64,000 bases of DNA from the IMG/VR virus record IMGVR_UViG_3300017912_001009, positions 1 through 64,000 of that record; one strand, written 5' to 3'. This DNA comes from a virus (taxonomy: Duplodnaviria > Caudoviricetes). Shown in pieces: positions 30,316-39,650 of this stretch. How positions within the stretch are numbered: the first letter of the stretch is position 1; the number at the start of each line of letters is the position of its first letter. The notes under the pieces are model-generated. The model worked only from the letters and a program-made list of their open reading frames with translations. It did not search any database and had not been told where the DNA came from. Both the position numbers and the translations under genes were made by a program.

Positions 30316-32880
30316 TTATTCAGGTAGTTCTAAATTGCTAAACTTGTCCTTTGTAATATCGATGATACCTTCATCAGAAGAATCTTCTAACATGTCTTGC
30401 TTCTTACCAGTAAAGACAATCCAAGACTTCTTTTCATCCAAAGGCACAACTCTGAAATGTATTCTAGTTTGGAACTTGTCTCCTTCCATTCTATATTCGT
30501 GATAGCCATCTCTTTGAACACCGAAGATAAGTTGACCACTATCTATTATCTTTGAACTGTCTATCTTCTCTGACACCTTTGCAGGATACTTACCTGACTT
30601 ACCAAACAAGTCAAAGATGTCTTCAGGCTTCTCTATGTCAATTAACCAAGCCATTCTATTCTTATCTGTCTCAATCACAAAATCTAGATTACCATCTTCA
30701 CGCTGTCTGACTTCAAACTCCCCTGCCAGTTCTTCATCCTCATCTTTTTCTATACTCTCAGGAGATATATCGAACTTGTTAGGAGAAAGGAAAACAAAAG
30801 CGTCTTGATTCTTCATCCAAGATAGTAGATTCTTTGGTTTACCTTCAAAGATTTCATCATAAGCATCCTCTTCCGTAGCCCTAAGTTTCTCCTCTAGGTC
30901 ATCAAACTCCATTGCTTTTTGATTCTCTTCTATTATCTTTCTAATCGCAACTCTGAGTTTGGACTTCCTTGACTTCATTAGTTTCTCTAGTTGTCCCTTC
31001 CACTCATCCATATTGTAGAGAGCATTCTTTTGCATTAGTGAATCGCCATCGAAACCATAGATTGTGAATCCCTCTAGTTCATGCTTGCAGATTATCTCTG
31101 CTTCACCATGAACATAGTCTGTGACAAGATACTTTCTTATCTTCTTCTTGTTCTTTTTTTCTCTCTGTAATTCTGCAATGACAGTCAGGGGGTTTGCTAA
31201 GTCTGATGGTTTGAGGAAGGGATGCCTTGGCACTAGGGCTTTCTTCGTCTTAGTGGCTAGTTGCTCTAATGTCTCCAACTTATCTGACTCCTCTACTTCA
31301 GGCAACTCTATGACCTTAGCAGAGTAGAGGCTGAATCCCTTACCCTTCTTAGTAACCTCATCAACCTTGACACGAATGATATCTCCGATGTCAACCTCTA
31401 CTTTGGTATTCAATGCCTTACCAACAGGGAGGTAGTTCTTATCATCAAGTTCAATTGTCTTCATCTCTCTTGTTTGTTCGGCAGTCAATGGGCCTATGCC
31501 CATAGTGTATGAATGCAAACCGCTTTTGGTCTTCTTGTCCTCTAGAACTATAACATCCAAGTCTACGAACTTCTTCCACTTAATCCACTTAGGGTTCTTC
31601 TTCCTGCCCATGTAGTATGTGGATTCAATGTCCTTGACAACAACTCCCTCTGAGGTTGGCATCTCCATTATCTTCTCTGCATACTCCCCAACTTCCTCCA
31701 TAGAATCAGCGATTCTTGTATCCTTCTTGGAAGGGAAAGCCAACTCTTCAGAGGAATGCTGAGAGTATTGGTAGAACATTATGTTGATTCTTTCCCTCAG
31801 TGGTTCATCCATCAAGTCCTTCCCCTCATGCTTCATGACATCAAAGACATGCGCTCTGAGTTTCGTATCAGGTATTTTCTTCTTGAAGATGTGAGTTATC
31901 ACACTTGCTCGATGAAGGGCATCCTTTCCTTGGAATAGGAGAAGTTCACCATCCAGTATGCAATCACCTATTCCTTTCTTCTCCATTCTTTCTACAATCT
32001 CAGGACACTTATCGGTAATATCCTTCTGATTGTAAGAGTATATCTTGATGTTATCCCCTGTCTTGTGAATCTGTATTCTCATTCCATCATACTTCTCTTG
32101 AACGACAAACTCCCCACTCAATCCCTTGATGTCCTTCATGTCATCGAGTTCAAATATTCGATACATCGGCTTGTTCGGTATGATGAAATCTATCTCCTCT
32201 TTCTGCTCTTCTGACTTGGCAATGTCAATCTCCTTCAGAGATTCCCATTTGTCCTCCGAGTAACTCTCATCGTATACTTCCTCTAGTAATTGCAGTGCTT
32301 CCTTGAACTTTCCTTGCACTCTCCTAGAGTCCTTATCATCACCGTAATGCTCGATGATATAGAGAGGTATGTCCTTCTCCTCTAAATCCAAACCCATGTA
32401 TCCCTGTGTTATCTCATCAGGTTTGAGTTTCGCCTCCTCCCATGCTTTCTTAGGCACAGGATTAGAATGGCTTCTCAATGCATAATGAACGAAGGCTGCA
32501 AATGTCGCCTTGTCATCTAGTAGAACATCAAGAACCTTATCGCCTAGTTGCTCAGAGAATGGGTCTGCTGCTCCCTTTGATTCAAATCGCATTTTCTTTA
32601 CGTCTTCGTACACCCTTCTTGCAAGAAGACTCTCTGCATCGAACACCTTGTCATCGAAGAGTTCCTTCTCTGTGATATGCTCTTTCAGTTGAGATGCAAA
32701 CTCGCCTAGACCATCGTACTCTTCACGGATGGACTTGACGGTTTCCTTCCACTTCTTACCGTATTCCTTCGGGTTCTCCTTTGCAGATAGGTATGCATAA
32801 CGCACCCTCTCAAAGAAATCTAGAACTCTTTTTGATAGAGCCTTAGTTTCCTTCTCAAAGGATACGCCTGATGTTGTCAT
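30316..32880 (-). CDS. lig: ATP-dependent DNA ligase with N- and C-terminal extensions (854 aa)
   Basis: Motif I QEKYDGMR, III LDGE, IIIa FDVM, IV EGVVVK, V WIKWK, followed by an OB-fold region. Confidence 0.9.
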   Translation of the reverse strand: MTTSGVSFEKETKALSKRVLDFFERVRYAYLSAKENPKEYGKKWKETVKSIREEYDGLGEFASQLKEHITEKELFDDKVFDAESLLARRVYEDVKKMRFESKGAADPFSEQLGDKVLDVLLDDKATFAAFVHYALRSHSNPVPKKAWEEAKLKPDEITQGYMGLDLEEKDIPLYIIEHYGDDKDSRRVQGKFKEALQLLEEVYDESYSEDKWESLKEIDIAKSEEQKEEIDFIIPNKPMYRIFELDDMKDIKGLSGEFVVQEKYDGMRIQIHKTGDNIKIYSYNQKDITDKCPEIVERMEKKGIGDCILDGELLLFQGKDALHRASVITHIFKKKIPDTKLRAHVFDVMKHEGKDLMDEPLRERINIMFYQYSQHSSEELAFPSKKDTRIADSMEEVGEYAEKIMEMPTSEGVVVKDIESTYYMGRKKNPKWIKWKKFVDLDVIVLEDKKTKSGLHSYTMGIGPLTAEQTREMKTIELDDKNYLPVGKALNTKVEVDIGDIIRVKVDEVTKKGKGFSLYSAKVIELPEVEESDKLETLEQLATKTKKALVPRHPFLKPSDLANPLTVIAELQREKKNKKKIRKYLVTDYVHGEAEIICKHELEGFTIYGFDGDSLMQKNALYNMDEWKGQLEKLMKSRKSKLRVAIRKIIEENQKAMEFDDLEEKLRATEEDAYDEIFEGKPKNLLSWMKNQDAFVFLSPNKFDISPESIEKDEDEELAGEFEVRQREDGNLDFVIETDKNRMAWLIDIEKPEDIFDLFGKSGKYPAKVSEKIDSSKIIDSGQLIFGVQRDGYHEYRMEGDKFQTRIHFRVVPLDEKKSWIVFTGKKQDMLEDSSDEGIIDITKDKFSNLELPE

Positions 32881-32886
32881 CCACCA

Positions 32887-33372
32887 TCAAAACCTTCGTG
32901 CCATAGGGGGTCTCTCAATATCTTTAGAGGGCAGTCCACTTGCTGTTAACGCATTGATTTTCTCAAGTTCTCTTGCTATGTTAGCAGAGATTCTCTTTGC
33001 CTCCGACCCTTCTTTTCCTCTGAGTGCGTCTGCTAATTCACTGAGGTTCTTATAGGATGCATTCAACTCCCCGCTCATCATATCTCTTGATTCTTGCTCT
33101 GCCATCACTTTTAGCACGTTATCAACAGCAGCCAAAATGGATTTCTTCATAGTTCCATCATTGGTCTTATCCTCCTTGCCATCGATGTTGCTCAATTGAG
33201 GCATCTTCTCCTCAGAAGGATTCTTCTTGGGTTTCTTGACTTTTATCTCCTCTCCCATGACATCCTCATCAAGTTTCAATCTTCCAAGATGTCCTGCCTC
33301 TTGTAGAATTTCTTTGGCTTTCAGTATTGCTAGTTCAACTATTTTCTCTTCTTTCGTAACTCTCTCAGGCAT
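32887..33372 (-). CDS. Hypothetical protein (161 aa)
   Basis: GGTGG RBS; charged helical protein; contains AILKA. Confidence 0.65.
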   Translation of the reverse strand: MPERVTKEEKIVELAILKAKEILQEAGHLGRLKLDEDVMGEEIKVKKPKKNPSEEKMPQLSNIDGKEDKTNDGTMKKSILAAVDNVLKVMAEQESRDMMSGELNASYKNLSELADALRGKEGSEAKRISANIARELEKINALTASGLPSKDIERPPMARRF

Positions 33373-33377
33373 TCATC

Positions 33378-33602
33378 TCACCCCATTTTCTCCGTCATCT
33401 TGCGAATCTCATCCCAAGACATTTGACCACCATCAGGGACTTGTGTATTGCCCATTGCTGGTGTTGGAGTCTCACGAACAACGAAACCTGACTTCATCAG
33501 TATGTTGTCCTTGTTGTATACTGCTTGTTCCAAGGCGTTGACCTTGTTCACAAGTTCTTTCATTAATAGTAACATTTCATCTTTTTCTTCTTTTTTGCTC
33601 AT
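33378..33602 (-). CDS. Hypothetical protein (74 aa)
   Basis: Coupled start/stop; coiled coil followed by ILMKS. Confidence 0.65.
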   Translation of the reverse strand: MSKKEEKDEMLLLMKELVNKVNALEQAVYNKDNILMKSGFVVRETPTPAMGNTQVPDGGQMSWDEIRKMTEKMG

Positions 33603-34075
33603 ACTTTTCCTTCTCCTTTTAATTTGAATACAAGTAAACCATCGTCTGCGAATATTGCTGCGTAGCCCATACCACCATATAGTTCCCTTGCCATTTCTTG
33701 TGCCTTCTTTTCTGTCATTTTCAAGTCAGTAAGTTTGACATCTGCATAATCCTCTTTCTTCTTACCTGCTTCTCTTATGATTGGGTCTATCTTTTCTCTG
33801 AATAGGTCAACGTACTCATCCCTCGATAAATCATCATTAGCGTTATCCTTGAACTCTGACTCTCTAGGATTCCTTATTGGAGGTGCTTTCCTAATTGGTG
33901 CATCTAGGTATATTTTACTCATCTCCCTAGATTTCTTATTTCTAGCCCTAATCTGTGCTAGTAAGTCTGCCTCTTTATCCTCAGTCCTCTTAGCCGCTTC
34001 TTCGTCTTGTCCGGTAGAGGCTGTCGTTGTGACTCTTGCCATCTCATCTGACTTCAATGTATCAAACCAACTCAT
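33599..34075 (-). CDS. W-motif protein (MSWFDTLKS; ~158 aa)
   Basis: ATG at 34075 follows GGTGATTGAA. Confidence 0.7.
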   Translation of the reverse strand: MSWFDTLKSDEMARVTTTASTGQDEEAAKRTEDKEADLLAQIRARNKKSREMSKIYLDAPIRKAPPIRNPRESEFKDNANDDLSRDEYVDLFREKIDPIIREAGKKKEDYADVKLTDLKMTEKKAQEMARELYGGMGYAAIFADDGLLVFKLKGEGKV

Positions 34076-34080
34076 TTCAA

Positions 34081-34419
34081 TCACCTTGGTCTATTGCCTA
34101 TTTTACCGCCTAGAATTGTTTTGCCTTTGACTTTATTTAACAAAAGAGAAACAATACCTAATTTATCAGCCAACTCGTCTATCTTTTGTGTTTTCATATC
34201 ACTAAGGGTATCATATAATTCGTCTAATGATTCATCTTGACTTGCTGTAGATAAAATTCGTAGGGGTTTCATAGCAAGTGCAAGTTCATCTCTAAGATTA
34301 ATCATCGCGCTTTCTCTTCTATCGTCATCTTGAAACTCCATTTGTAATCTAGTTTCTTCATCACTTGCGCTTTGAGGGATATACCCCTCTCCGTATTTCA
34401 CTATATCTTCCCAACTCAT
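34081..34419 (-). CDS. W-motif protein (MSWEDIVKY; 112 aa)
   Basis: GGTGA RBS upstream. Confidence 0.7.
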   Translation of the reverse strand: MSWEDIVKYGEGYIPQSASDEETRLQMEFQDDDRRESAMINLRDELALAMKPLRILSTASQDESLDELYDTLSDMKTQKIDELADKLGIVSLLLNKVKGKTILGGKIGNRPR

Positions 34420-34486
34420 TCTAAATCACCTAACATTGGAAGGCTCATACCCTTATGCCACTCTACATCTTCAACGATTCTAAGTT

Positions 34487-34816
34487 TCATTCCTTCTCCT
34501 CCTTGTCACCCTTTGGGTATGCTACGCTCCTGATTTGGTCATAAAGCGTTTGATAGTCTTTGCGAAGTTCAGCAGCACTTGCGAGTATGTCTAGGTTCTT
34601 CTCACGGAAGGACTTCATCTTCTTGGTGAGCAATTTATCTGTCTTGACTAAATCGAGGTCTTCCATCTCTTTGATGACTTCCTCTAACTTCGTCATTTCC
34701 TGTCCCATGTACTCAGTTGGTTGAGTTGACTGAAGAAGTTTCTTTATCTTCTTCTTCTGTTTTGGCTCTAGTTTCTCTAGAAACTCGGAGGCTTTCAGTA
34801 TCTCCTGCCATGTCAT
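34487..34816 (-). CDS. W-motif protein (MTWQEILKA; 109 aa)
   Basis: GGAGG RBS upstream; coiled coil. Confidence 0.7.
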   Translation of the reverse strand: MTWQEILKASEFLEKLEPKQKKKIKKLLQSTQPTEYMGQEMTKLEEVIKEMEDLDLVKTDKLLTKKMKSFREKNLDILASAAELRKDYQTLYDQIRSVAYPKGDKEEKE

Positions 34817-34837
34817 GTAGTTGCCTCCTGTGTATGC

Positions 34838-35935
34838 TCAGTTAATTTTAATTGCCCTCTTTTTGTCTTTTCCAAGGTCAAATTGATAGTTACCTACTGT
34901 GACTTTAACAAGTTGCTTCATCTTCTTTCTTGTTTTCTCCAACTCAATTACTTTGTCATCTTCTACTGCATTGTTTCTTAGATTTACAACATGCTCTAAT
35001 ATTTCTTCAATTTTATCGATTAAGGCAGGTATCTGTCCTGTTATCTTACGATAACTATCAAAGGCATCTAATTGCTCTTCATAGATTTCTTTGCCCTCTA
35101 ACGTATCTTCCATTTCTTCAGTAGTACCAAATATTGGAAACTCATCGCCAGCAACTTCTTCTCTCACTGTGAGTTGCCAGTTTTTATCTTCTTCATCAAG
35201 AGATTTATTCAGCGTGTTTTCCTGCTCGTCTTTTATTCTGTCTAAGGTGAGAAGAAGTTCTCTGAATTGCCTTAGCAACATGTTAGGGTCTTCACCTAAT
35301 TCATCCACATCTATTCTCTCACTATCTCTCAACATTTCTACCAATCTATTCAGTTTGCCTCTCGTCATCTTCTTTCCGGTAAGTAGATTCCTTGGCATAT
35401 CAGCAGCAGCCTCAAAGAATTCTCTTATTATCTCAAGAGACTCTTTGCCATTGTATTCCTTTTCTTCTTGACGATACTCGGCTGTATCTTCACTCATCTG
35501 TCTGAACTGTGATAGCAAACCCTCCTCGTCTTGCTCCATTGTGTCATACCCCTTGAAGAATAGAGCCAATATTTCATCAGGTGCAGTTTGCTTTAGAAGA
35601 CTCTGATAGAAGTTGTCTATTTTTTGCTTGCTTGTGCTTCTAGGAAACAAGTACGATTTGACGAACTCTCTCATTGTTCCTCTCATATCTGAATCTGTGA
35701 CATCACCTGTTCGGCTGAATGTCTCTAGAATCTCCTTCCACATCCTGACTGTCTTGGCGGTAGCAGTACGGCGTTTCTCATCTGCCTCTGCTACTTTCTT
35801 TCCTTCTTCGGCTTCTTGTTCTTTCTTTCTTTTCTTCTCTTCAACAAGTTGTATTCCAGTCGTGCCTTCCTCTTCTGAGGGGTCTATATCATCTTCTTTC
35901 TTAATACGCAAGATATCCATGAAATCCTGCGCCAT
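34838..35935 (-). CDS. Acidic helical protein (~365 aa) with variant N-terminal motif DFMDILRIKK
   Basis: Long ORF in the operon. Confidence 0.7.
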   Translation of the reverse strand: MAQDFMDILRIKKEDDIDPSEEEGTTGIQLVEEKKRKKEQEAEEGKKVAEADEKRRTATAKTVRMWKEILETFSRTGDVTDSDMRGTMREFVKSYLFPRSTSKQKIDNFYQSLLKQTAPDEILALFFKGYDTMEQDEEGLLSQFRQMSEDTAEYRQEEKEYNGKESLEIIREFFEAAADMPRNLLTGKKMTRGKLNRLVEMLRDSERIDVDELGEDPNMLLRQFRELLLTLDRIKDEQENTLNKSLDEEDKNWQLTVREEVAGDEFPIFGTTEEMEDTLEGKEIYEEQLDAFDSYRKITGQIPALIDKIEEILEHVVNLRNNAVEDDKVIELEKTRKKMKQLVKVTVGNYQFDLGKDKKRAIKIN

Positions 35936-35940
35936 CTGAA

Positions 35941-36171
35941 TCATCCCCAAGGGTTGTTTGGTGTTCTTGACCGCTTTTTCTTAGGTAGTAGGATTGCATC
36001 GGGAACATCTGCTGTATCGGGTCTCTCCTTCTTCACAGCATTAGGGTCAACACCCCCAACAGAGAAGTCCCTGTTCTTCGTCACACTTCTACTGTGGTGA
36101 GCATATTGCTCTGCTCTTGCTTTCGCTAGTTCTCTTTCCAGTTCTCTTACTCCTTTCTTTTCTTCTGTCAT
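35941..36171 (-). CDS. Hypothetical protein (76 aa)
   Basis: Coupled ATGA overlap with the upstream gene. Confidence 0.6.
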   Translation of the reverse strand: MTEEKKGVRELERELAKARAEQYAHHSRSVTKNRDFSVGGVDPNAVKKERPDTADVPDAILLPKKKRSRTPNNPWG

Positions 36172-36422
36172 TTCTTTTCCTCCCTTAGTTGTCTCAAATC
36201 CTTTTCATCGATATCTCCATCTTTGTCTTTATCGAGTTTCTTCTGACCACCGTATAGTGTCTTTTCCATCTCCTCTTCTGCAACAGCCGGGTCAACCGGA
36301 TGCTCTCTTGCTTCATACATGTCCTTAGCAGGTTTGATTTTACCCTCTTCTGTATCCATCATATCACCACCAGCATCAGGCATCTCCATATCAGTTTGCT
36401 TAATTATGCTCCACCATTCCAT
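36168..36422 (-). CDS. W-motif protein (MEWWSIIKQ; 84 aa) with an EF-hand-like DKDKDGDID segment
   Basis: GGTGA RBS; LDKDKDGDIDEKDL. Confidence 0.65.
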   Translation of the reverse strand: MEWWSIIKQTDMEMPDAGGDMMDTEEGKIKPAKDMYEAREHPVDPAVAEEEMEKTLYGGQKKLDKDKDGDIDEKDLRQLREEKK

Positions 36423-36426
36423 TTTA

Positions 36427-36849
36427 TCACCATTTTACTTTGTTAGCCCAATACGCAGCAGAGGTCTTCCCACGCTTGATGTTCTTAGCATGACGAGCCT
36501 TGAACGAGGCTTGCTTCTTTTTTCTCTTTCCCTTTGGATTCTTCTCGGTTACTGTATCTGCACCTTGTTGTCCAAAGCGAATAGTCTTGACTTTCTTACC
36601 ATCCTTGACAACCACTATATGCGATTTAGTAGGATGCTTAGGAGTTCTCTTTGGTTTACTGAAACCACTCACACCTGCTCTCTTCAAAGCAGGGTGTTTC
36701 TCCCTCTTTAGTGTGTCAAACCAATCCATAGATTTCTTGTATCCTGAAGCATAAGCGGCGGCTGCTTGTCTCTCAGCATCCTTGCGATTGCGATAGACCT
36801 TGCCCTTCTTGCCCCATTTGTATCCTCCTTTGACTTTACGAATCGGCAT
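36427..36849 (-). CDS. Highly basic two-module protein with an internal W motif (~140 aa)
   Basis: MPIRKVKGGYKWG...AYASGY, then DWFDTLK, then KPKRTPKHPTKSH...IRFGQQG...FKARH...YWANKVKW. Both modules resemble small basic phage proteins. Confidence 0.7.
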   Translation of the reverse strand: MPIRKVKGGYKWGKKGKVYRNRKDAERQAAAAYASGYKKSMDWFDTLKREKHPALKRAGVSGFSKPKRTPKHPTKSHIVVVKDGKKVKTIRFGQQGADTVTEKNPKGKRKKKQASFKARHAKNIKRGKTSAAYWANKVKW

Positions 36850-36854
36850 GATAA

Positions 36855-37127
36855 TCACTTCTGAGAGAACTTCCTTCCTGTTGGGACATGTTGCTTTCCT
36901 TTCTTACGACCCTTTCTTTTCTTTCTGTCTTGATAGTCCAATGTCTTCTTCGGGGTTCTTTTGTATGTGGCCTTTGGCATGTATCTCCCCTTTGTCTTGG
37001 AAGGTACTTTCTTCCCCTTCTCCTTTGCACGATGTTGCTCTTGGCTTCCCCACTCCTCATCTGTCCAAGTAGCCAAGTCCTGTTGTGTCTTCTTCTTGGC
37101 CTTGAGAGTTGCAAACCAATCAGTCAC
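36855..37127 (-). CDS. Highly basic W-motif protein (MTDWFATLKA; ~90 aa)
   Basis: GTG at 37127 follows GGTGGTGG and is in frame with the tracked ORF; K/R-rich. Confidence 0.7.
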   Translation of the reverse strand: MTDWFATLKAKKKTQQDLATWTDEEWGSQEQHRAKEKGKKVPSKTKGRYMPKATYKRTPKKTLDYQDRKKRKGRKKGKQHVPTGRKFSQK

Positions 37128-37920
37128 GGTAGCCACCACCTGCTTTCTTGTATCTCTGAGCAAGCAACTGTGCCTTCCTCGCTGACCACTTACCAGCAGG
37201 GCCACCTTTGCTACCTGCTTTGATTCTCTGAAACATCCTCTTTCTCATACCGGGCTTTGTGTAGTTTCCTGCTTGATTTACTTTGGACTTGCTTTTCCTT
37301 TTCTTGTGCAGGATGTCTTGCCACTTCTCAATCTTAGATTCAGATAGATATGCATCAGCAATCAGAAGCCCTGCTTTCTTTCCTACCTCTATATCGCTTG
37401 GATAGTGATTTCCCATTTTCACCCTAGATAGTGATATCTTCTCTGCCATCTTGTTCAACTCCTCTTGCTTGTCGGGATACTGCTTTCCTAGAATTCTTGC
37501 TAAAGCATAAGCCTCTATTGCATGACCACTTGGGAAAGATGGACTGTCATCCGTATCGGTTGTGGATTCTATCTCATCAGAAATCTCGTAAGGTCTTGGT
37601 CTGCCGTACTTGACTTTCAGTTTGATGGTGTGGATATCGATATCCTCAATCAAATCCTCCCTGTCTTCCTTCTCTTCACCGACAATTTCCAACATCATCT
37701 CGATGTTATTTTGGTCTAAGTCCTCAATCTCATCCTCGTCAATCTTATTGTCCTTCATCATGGCGAGAACCTTTGGCAGTTCCTCTTCGTTATCAGGATG
37801 CTCGTATTCAGGGAAGTCTACCTTGAAGGATGGCTCAGACTCAAACAGTCTTCTCTTCTCCTCGGATAGATTCTCAGGAGTGAACTTTGATTCCTCTTTG
37901 ATTGCGTCAAACCAACTCAC
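37120..37920 (-). CDS. PAP2-superfamily phosphatase with N-terminal W motif and basic C-terminal module (266 aa)
   Basis: PAP2 triad K-x-x-Y-G-R-P-R-P, SFPSGH, SR-x5-H-x3-D; starts MSWFDAIKE; internal KWQDILHK precedes NYTKPGMRKR...GGGY. Confidence 0.8.
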   Translation of the reverse strand: MSWFDAIKEESKFTPENLSEEKRRLFESEPSFKVDFPEYEHPDNEEELPKVLAMMKDNKIDEDEIEDLDQNNIEMMLEIVGEEKEDREDLIEDIDIHTIKLKVKYGRPRPYEISDEIESTTDTDDSPSFPSGHAIEAYALARILGKQYPDKQEELNKMAEKISLSRVKMGNHYPSDIEVGKKAGLLIADAYLSESKIEKWQDILHKKRKSKSKVNQAGNYTKPGMRKRMFQRIKAGSKGGPAGKWSARKAQLLAQRYKKAGGGYRD

Positions 37921-38021
37921 TTCTCTCCCTCCAAGTATTTCCTTATTCTTTCATCTGTTTCTGCATTGAGTTTGTCTATCTCTTCCTTCCACTTCCTGAC
38001 AAACTCAAGTATATCGCTCAA
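37917..38021 (-). CDS. Small coiled-coil peptide (34 aa; not in track)
   Basis: TTG start overlapping the portal stop; MSDILEFVRKWKEEIDKLNAETDERIRKYLEGEK; stop overlaps the next GTG. Confidence 0.45.
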   Translation of the reverse strand: MSDILEFVRKWKEEIDKLNAETDERIRKYLEGEK

Positions 38022-39649
38022 CCTACTCTCCTCTCTGTCCGTGAATCAACATTCTGATTACCTGCTTCTGCTGGTAATCCTGTGAATCTCTTATCAGGGC
38101 CAGTTTCCATAGATGGTTTGTTTCTAGTTTCCCCACCGCCTTGACCACCCATCAAAGCCTGTTCTTGTAATTGTCCTAATTGACTTGCATCAATATCAGT
38201 TCCTGCGTATGGGTCAGTTTCGACCTCTTCTTCTGCTCCTTCCTGTGGTGGTGCTTCGGGTTTAGGGTCAGGCTTCTTGAAGGTGAATCTTCCCTCATCA
38301 TCCATATCAACCTCAAACCCTAGATTCTTGATTGACGCTGCTACGTTAACCTCAATCTCTCTCTTTCGTAGTTTGGCAATCTCATCCTCTTCTTCTGAAG
38401 GTGGTAGTTTCAGTTGCCAGTCTGTGATTCCAAACTCCATAGTCATGAACGGGAAGACGTACTCATTCCAAATCGTCTGTGCCATTTCGACTGCTCTGTT
38501 GGTTACGAGTATCTGCATACCCTCGTTATTGAGACCACCACTTGCAGAGTTATCTGCCATGAAGATTTTACTTACTCCGTAGAAGGCAGCGATTCTATCT
38601 CTCAAGTCTTCCTTGACTTGTATGTAGTCCATTTCCTTGAGACTATCCATGAACTTGACCCATTCAACTGCTCCTGTTTTTCCTTCACCCTCTATACCCA
38701 TTACTGGAATGAAGTGAGGGTCTTGTTCCATCTTCTCTTTGACACCACGCCAAAAGGACTTCATCGATTCCATGTTTCTAGTTTGAACTGCTAGTATTCC
38801 TCTTGGCATTCTAGCCTTGGTATATGACGAGTTGACATAGTTTTCCATAGCAATGAGTGTGGTGATGTGATTCCACAGAGTCATTATCGGAGACTGGCCG
38901 TAGAGTCTTGATGGTGCATACTTGCTGAAGTGTAAAACTTCTCCATCGATGAAATACTGCTCCTTTCCATTTGCCCTGTTGACATAATGCACAGGATGCA
39001 ACTCAGAGCCACACATCTCACAGGAGTCAGTCATTGACTTGCTGATGAAGTTTCTATGATTCAAGCAAGTGAATCCCTCACTTCCTCTTTCACCATTCTC
39101 ATCAGCGTATATGTGCATACTAACAGGGTCTCCACGATAGACTTCTTTGATTCGATGCATACGAATGTCGCCATTACCATCGACATAGTATTCCTTTACC
39201 ATGATTAGATATGCATCATCCATTATATTGAGGTCGTCTTCCATCTCCTTGAGAACATCAACGAACATCTGTTCTCCCTTGTTGACATACCCATCGAGTA
39301 ATTTCTTGATGTACTTCAACTGATTTCTATCGGGTTTGAGTAGATTAGTGCTTCCACATTCAACGCACTCTGTTACTGCTTGTTTGTGTTCCTTTCCACA
39401 GTCACCACAGCGAGCGGTGAATTTCTCTTCCCAAACATACCCTCTTCTGAATATCTCGTTCTTCAACTGTGTGATGCATGTCCTAGCAATCACTGATTGA
39501 TATGTGACATGGTATATTATCGGGGCTGTTATGAGATAGGATGTGTCTTTCTCTTGTATTCCCGGATTGTATATCGTTCTGTCTTGGGGCTTCGGTGTTG
39601 TTCTGCGTGTTAATCGCTGAAACAACGAGGGTCTTTTTTCTTCTACCAT
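38018..39649 (-). CDS. Portal protein with zinc-ribbon-like insertions (543 aa)
   Basis: EVLHFSKYAPSRLYGQSP, MPRGILAV, IAAFYGVS are portal-like; insertions CGDC..CVEC and CLNH..CEMC. Confidence 0.85.
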   Translation of the reverse strand: MVEEKRPSLFQRLTRRTTPKPQDRTIYNPGIQEKDTSYLITAPIIYHVTYQSVIARTCITQLKNEIFRRGYVWEEKFTARCGDCGKEHKQAVTECVECGSTNLLKPDRNQLKYIKKLLDGYVNKGEQMFVDVLKEMEDDLNIMDDAYLIMVKEYYVDGNGDIRMHRIKEVYRGDPVSMHIYADENGERGSEGFTCLNHRNFISKSMTDSCEMCGSELHPVHYVNRANGKEQYFIDGEVLHFSKYAPSRLYGQSPIMTLWNHITTLIAMENYVNSSYTKARMPRGILAVQTRNMESMKSFWRGVKEKMEQDPHFIPVMGIEGEGKTGAVEWVKFMDSLKEMDYIQVKEDLRDRIAAFYGVSKIFMADNSASGGLNNEGMQILVTNRAVEMAQTIWNEYVFPFMTMEFGITDWQLKLPPSEEEDEIAKLRKREIEVNVAASIKNLGFEVDMDDEGRFTFKKPDPKPEAPPQEGAEEEVETDPYAGTDIDASQLGQLQEQALMGGQGGGETRNKPSMETGPDKRFTGLPAEAGNQNVDSRTERRVG

Positions 39650-39650
39650 T

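Noticed and set aside
36836-37205. Tracked ORFs 36836-37114 and the 5' part of 36855-37205
   Set aside because: They overlap the PAP2 gene; the plausible start is GTG at 37127, which gives the W-motif N-terminus.
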